Shown piece after piece: positions 59,821-64,000 of a stretch of DNA of 64,000 nt. This stretch comes from Neoechinorhynchus agilis (lineage: Eukaryota > Animalia > Acanthocephala). Each line of letters begins with the position of its first letter. Within the stretch, counting starts at the first letter, position 1. The notes beneath the pieces were generated by a model, which worked only from the letters and a program-made list of their open reading frames with translations, had not been told where the DNA came from and searched no databases. The position numbers and the translations under genes are program-made. Location of the stretch: assembly GCA_051530055.1 (NCBI GenBank), contig CM121341.1:10518784-10582783 (forward strand), written 5' to 3'.

Positions 59821-62369
59821 TTATAATTTGCAAATAGGAACAGAATCTAAAATTTCGAACCGTTTACCGTTTTAATTTAATGAATCTAATGTTTATTATT
59901 CGGAGCAATTCTAACTGATCATGGAGCACACCGTCCGGCGGTTCTTGGATAAAGGCAGACGTCTCGAATGTGGTACCGGTTAAGCAACCAAACCAAATAC
60001 CTTTCAAGTCCTAAGCCATATCCACCATGTGGAAAATCTCCATACTTTCTTTGATCCAAATACCAATAATAAGGCTCAGGGTTTATCGCGTTTCTTTCAA
60101 ATGCATCTTCTAATTCTTGATAACCGTTCATACGCATTGATCCTCCAACAACCTCGCCAACATTTGGTAAAAGCACATCTACACTTTCAGTTAACCTCGG
60201 ATCCTCCGAATCTTTCCTCATATAAAACGCCTTGAGTTCAGCTGGGAATCGGCATAAAAGAATGGGACAACCAATCTTGTCCGTCATGGCTCGTTCTGGG
60301 GCTTCGGGAATGTCATCACCAAAACGAAACTCGCGTTCTTCGCCATCTTCCAGACGATTCTTTATTCCATTTTGATTTAGATATTCAATAGCGTCAGAGT
60401 AGTTTAGACGCATAAAAGGACGCTTAGGAACTTCAAATCCAGGATTAAGATCATTAAGTAGTTGCTTGCCTTCTGGGTGCTTTGTAACCCTTTCAGCTAA
60501 TGATGCCGTTCTCTGGCGATAAATAGTTTAATTTACCAACTACATTTTTTCGGAATATCGACCTGGTCAAGTAAAAACGGTAGTCCTTTCGCACAACTTT
60601 ACCGAACAAAAGCAAGGAAACGAAAACAATTATTGACTACTAAACAACTTTGAGCTAAAACAAAGCGGTAAATATAATATTAAGATTAGTAGTGAGGAGT
60701 CCTAAACGATTTTCTAACCGATTGTTCGTTCTTCGTCGATTATCTTTTTTGTAGAGCAAAATTTTAGACAAAAGAACCGAAGACTACAAGAGCATCTAAA
60801 GAAACAAATTCATTCTATGAGAATGGATTACGTCGCTTTTGAAGACTTCAAATTTAAAAGATTCTACCTAAGCTTTCTACACGAAACATTCAAAAGGAGA
60901 ACATTAGCATTCTCTATCGAAATTAATTGCATGCAAATGAATTAAAAGTTCCATCTTAAACCAAAAACCCTGAAAAGAGAATAGCATACCTCTACATCAA
61001 CAATTAGATCTTCGATATCATCAAGAAGCTGACTAAAATCAATAAACGGGATTTCTCCTTCGACATGAAAGTACTCTGACAAATGTCGCCTCGTCCTTGC
61101 ATTTTCCGCTCTGTAAGAAGAAATAATACAAAAAGTCCTTCCAACTGCCGGACAAACGGTCTCAAGATACAACTGACTGGATTGCGTTAAATACGCATTG
61201 GACCCGTAGTAATTGAGATTGAACAGAGTTGCACCCCCTTCTACTTGTGTTTGAACCAAAGTCGGAGGAAAGACTTCGCAATACTTGCGATCAAAGTAAT
61301 GATCCCTAAAGCATTGAGTGACAATGGAACGCATCCTTAAGATCTTCGAAGTGTTTTCTCCTCTGATCACTAAATGCCTCAAATCGAGAAGTGTATCAGG
61401 ATTCGCTTCAACATTAAGAACGGAATCAATTCCACCAGCAGGAGCCATACCCAATATTTCCAAATGGCGAACTTTCAACTCTCGTCCGCCTTCGACTGCA
61501 GTTTTTCCATCAGGAAGTTTGACAATCTGTCCAAACAACAAAGCACTGGATTCGGTAGAGATTTCATTAGCGTATTCGGCAAGTTCGTTTTGCAGAACAC
61601 ACTGTAGAAAACCAGTTCCGTCTCTCAATATGAGAAATGTAAGCTTTTTCGATTGTTGGCGTAACCTATGAACCCACCCATAGACCTTAACCATCGAAAG
61701 GTCAGAAGAGTTGTGGATTTCACGAATCAGAACTGCCTTTATTTTGCTCATTTCAGCCTGATCTTCGTCCTTTGGGCTATAAGTGACAGAAGACTTTGGC
61801 ATTGCTTTAGCCACTAGTGTACTAGTCTTTTGTTTTCGTTTATATTGTTCATGAATAGCAGACCATTTTTTGAATCGGCTCTTGGTTATTGGCTCAAACC
61901 CAACGCTCGCATCTTGTCTTATAAATATCGATGACATCGGGGGAAGGGCTTTTGTGGTACGAAAGGCAGCATCGAATGAAAAATAGGGACTTTCTATAGT
62001 GCCATCACCTTCGTTACCACTATCTGGGTTAAGACAGCAAATGTAAATGGGAGCTATAGATGATCCGTTCGATGCTGACATCTAAAAACTTCAGACTTTG
62101 TAATTCCGAAACGTTGACAATGTAAAATGCATATAAAAAGACTAAATTTTGAGAATTATCGTTTAGAAATCGATAGGAAATGTTCAGCATGATCAACCAA
62201 TTTAGATTTTTCAAAGGAATAAAAAATAGTCCCAATCATCGTCGTTGGTTGCCTCGGATTCTAGGATCCGTCAATGTTTTCGTCTGTGTTCTTGTATGGG
62301 AGAGCAATCCAATAACGATGTTTGGCATTGGGGATTATTCATGATGTTTACTGGATGGTCTCCTGTCTT
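58179..62369. repeat. Direct segmental duplication, copy 2
   Basis: See 47959-52150. Confidence 0.95.
59919..62081 (-). CDS. NARS1: Asparaginyl-tRNA synthetase (copy 2)
   Basis: Intact; differs from copy 1 at SKTKA/SKIKA and LQDEL/LQNEL. Confidence 0.96.
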
Positions 62370-62751
62370 TATTACCTATATTTCCCCTTGTCGTCTCTCT
62401 TCTCGGTAAATTCGGTAGGTGAATCTTTTGGTCATTCGATTTTCAGTGAGATTTATCCAGGTTTTGGGTAGCGTCGCCTACTGGGGGACGTCTTTGCTGT
62501 GTGTTGATTTATTATATTGCTTCGATTCATAAAACAAAAGGAAAAGATGACGCTTGGCCAATGGGCATGTTACTGAGACCTGGTCGCGTAATTACGGATC
62601 CGGTTGCTAACTAGAAGCTGAGACGATTGTAATGATTGACGGTTGCAGCGGTAACCCAGGTCCCAGTCTCTCAGGGTTCGAAGTTTCTTAGGCTCCGCTT
62701 CACAAATTTAGGTATTTCAGCTACGAGGAAGCAGTTGGAATTCTGACACCC
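62230..62751 (-). mobile_element. 5' end of an RTE-like element with a structured leader and partial HDV-like ribozyme signature
   Basis: Homologous to 36300-36640; GCT-TCCTCGT-AGC at 62720-62732 (-). Confidence 0.55.
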
Positions 62752-64000
62752 ATTGTAAATTACACCAGAATGAATTTATCAAAAAAATACTGAAGAAATT
62801 AAAAATTAAAATTGAGTGTCTATTTAAAGTGCAGTGAAAAGCTCAACTTTCGTCTAATAGTGACTTTAGATATCAATGACATTCTTGGAATCGCTTTTGT
62901 TGTTGGTTAGGCTTTTCGTTTCGTAAAATATCCAAGAAACTTTGTGAAATTCACGAATTTCGTATGATAGAAAACGCAAAGGATATGAATCTGAGCGATT
63001 AAAGAGTAACAAACACAATTAATTGTGACCTTTGACTTGTGGTGAAGATAATCCCGGTTAAAAATCAATTTTTCAACTTTCCCCGAATACAATCCAAGAA
63101 AGTAACAAACACGTTAGAATTTTAATATTCATGCACGGACGATTCACATTTCCCACTCATTCGAAGCTTTATACCTCCAAAACTCAAGTGAATCTACATA
63201 AAAACGAACAGAAAGTTTAAAGATAGGAGATTAATTGAACTAAATCGTTTATTTGAGGAATTTCTTAAAAAACAGCGCCATCTGTCTCGTTTTTAAATCA
63301 TCCAAATGCCATTCGACGCAATAAAGCTCAAAAACCAGCTCTTTTTCCCGTACTGCAGTGAAATGTAACCTTCAAAAGTGCTGACAGCGAATGATGACTG
63401 TACGAAAGAACCAAGTTTTAATGAGAAAACAATTAACGTCAATGGTTCTGCAACGAGAGACTGAAAACCAAGAAAAATGCGTTCCGCTATCTTAAAACAA
63501 CACTTTTGCGTAGGTGGGGGCGCACAGGTATTCGACGCGAGTTACAGTAATCATTAAAAAAACAAAATTATTCATTTTAGGGTTTTCTCACCATTTTTGT
63601 GTTGGCTCGAATCATGATTAAGATATTAAACCTCGCCTCAGAGGTCCCCTCTTTCGAAATATTTCATATTAATAATGGAATCTTGAACAAGGGTTATGTT
63701 CACCACCATTCAGTATTTACCATCCCGAAGGATCTTCTTGATATGATTAACTTGATGAAATTTCTTGAATTCTGTTAAATACAAAATGCTTTAATTCGCA
63801 AGACCTATCGCTGATTTTAATAACCAAATCGTCCAGGTTTCGGTGTTTTAACTATGCTTAAATTGTTTTGGCACAAATGTTTGAGAAATCTCACTTTTTA
63901 TCGAAAATGTAAGAAAATGTACAACACCTATATTTGAACATAAAATGAATTTCTTGAAACCCTTGAGCTTTTTAGAACGCCTGGGATAAATTCTAGAAAA

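Overview
AT-rich, gene-dense window from a compact animal-like eukaryotic genome; the taxon cannot be determined from the sequence. Genes are intron-poor: VMA21, TFIIE-alpha (two copies in a ~4.3-kb inverted duplication), an Emi1/FBXO5-like gene, a CNG channel, tRNA-Gly(GCC), a small secreted protein resembling a convertase prodomain, RPE, RIO1 kinase, a TFIIS-N-like repeat protein, Asn-tRNA ligase (two copies in a ~4.2-kb direct duplication) and MGME1. There are also Argonaute and Cys-loop channel pseudogenes. Intergenic space holds decayed L2/CR1-, CRE-, RTE- and Penelope-like retroelements, hammerhead-bearing mini-elements, and a TIR-bounded element family with a cryptic coding core and a derived 193-bp tandem array. 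The most striking signal concerns introns. Alongside ordinary 41-51-nt GT-AG introns, the otherwise intact RIO1 frame is interrupted twice, and NARS once, by inserts that start with GTA, carry inverted repeats pairing their two ends, and lack an AG acceptor that gives the conserved protein. These are candidate hairpin-defined non-canonical introns. All assignments are by eye from motifs; no database search or RNA data were available.
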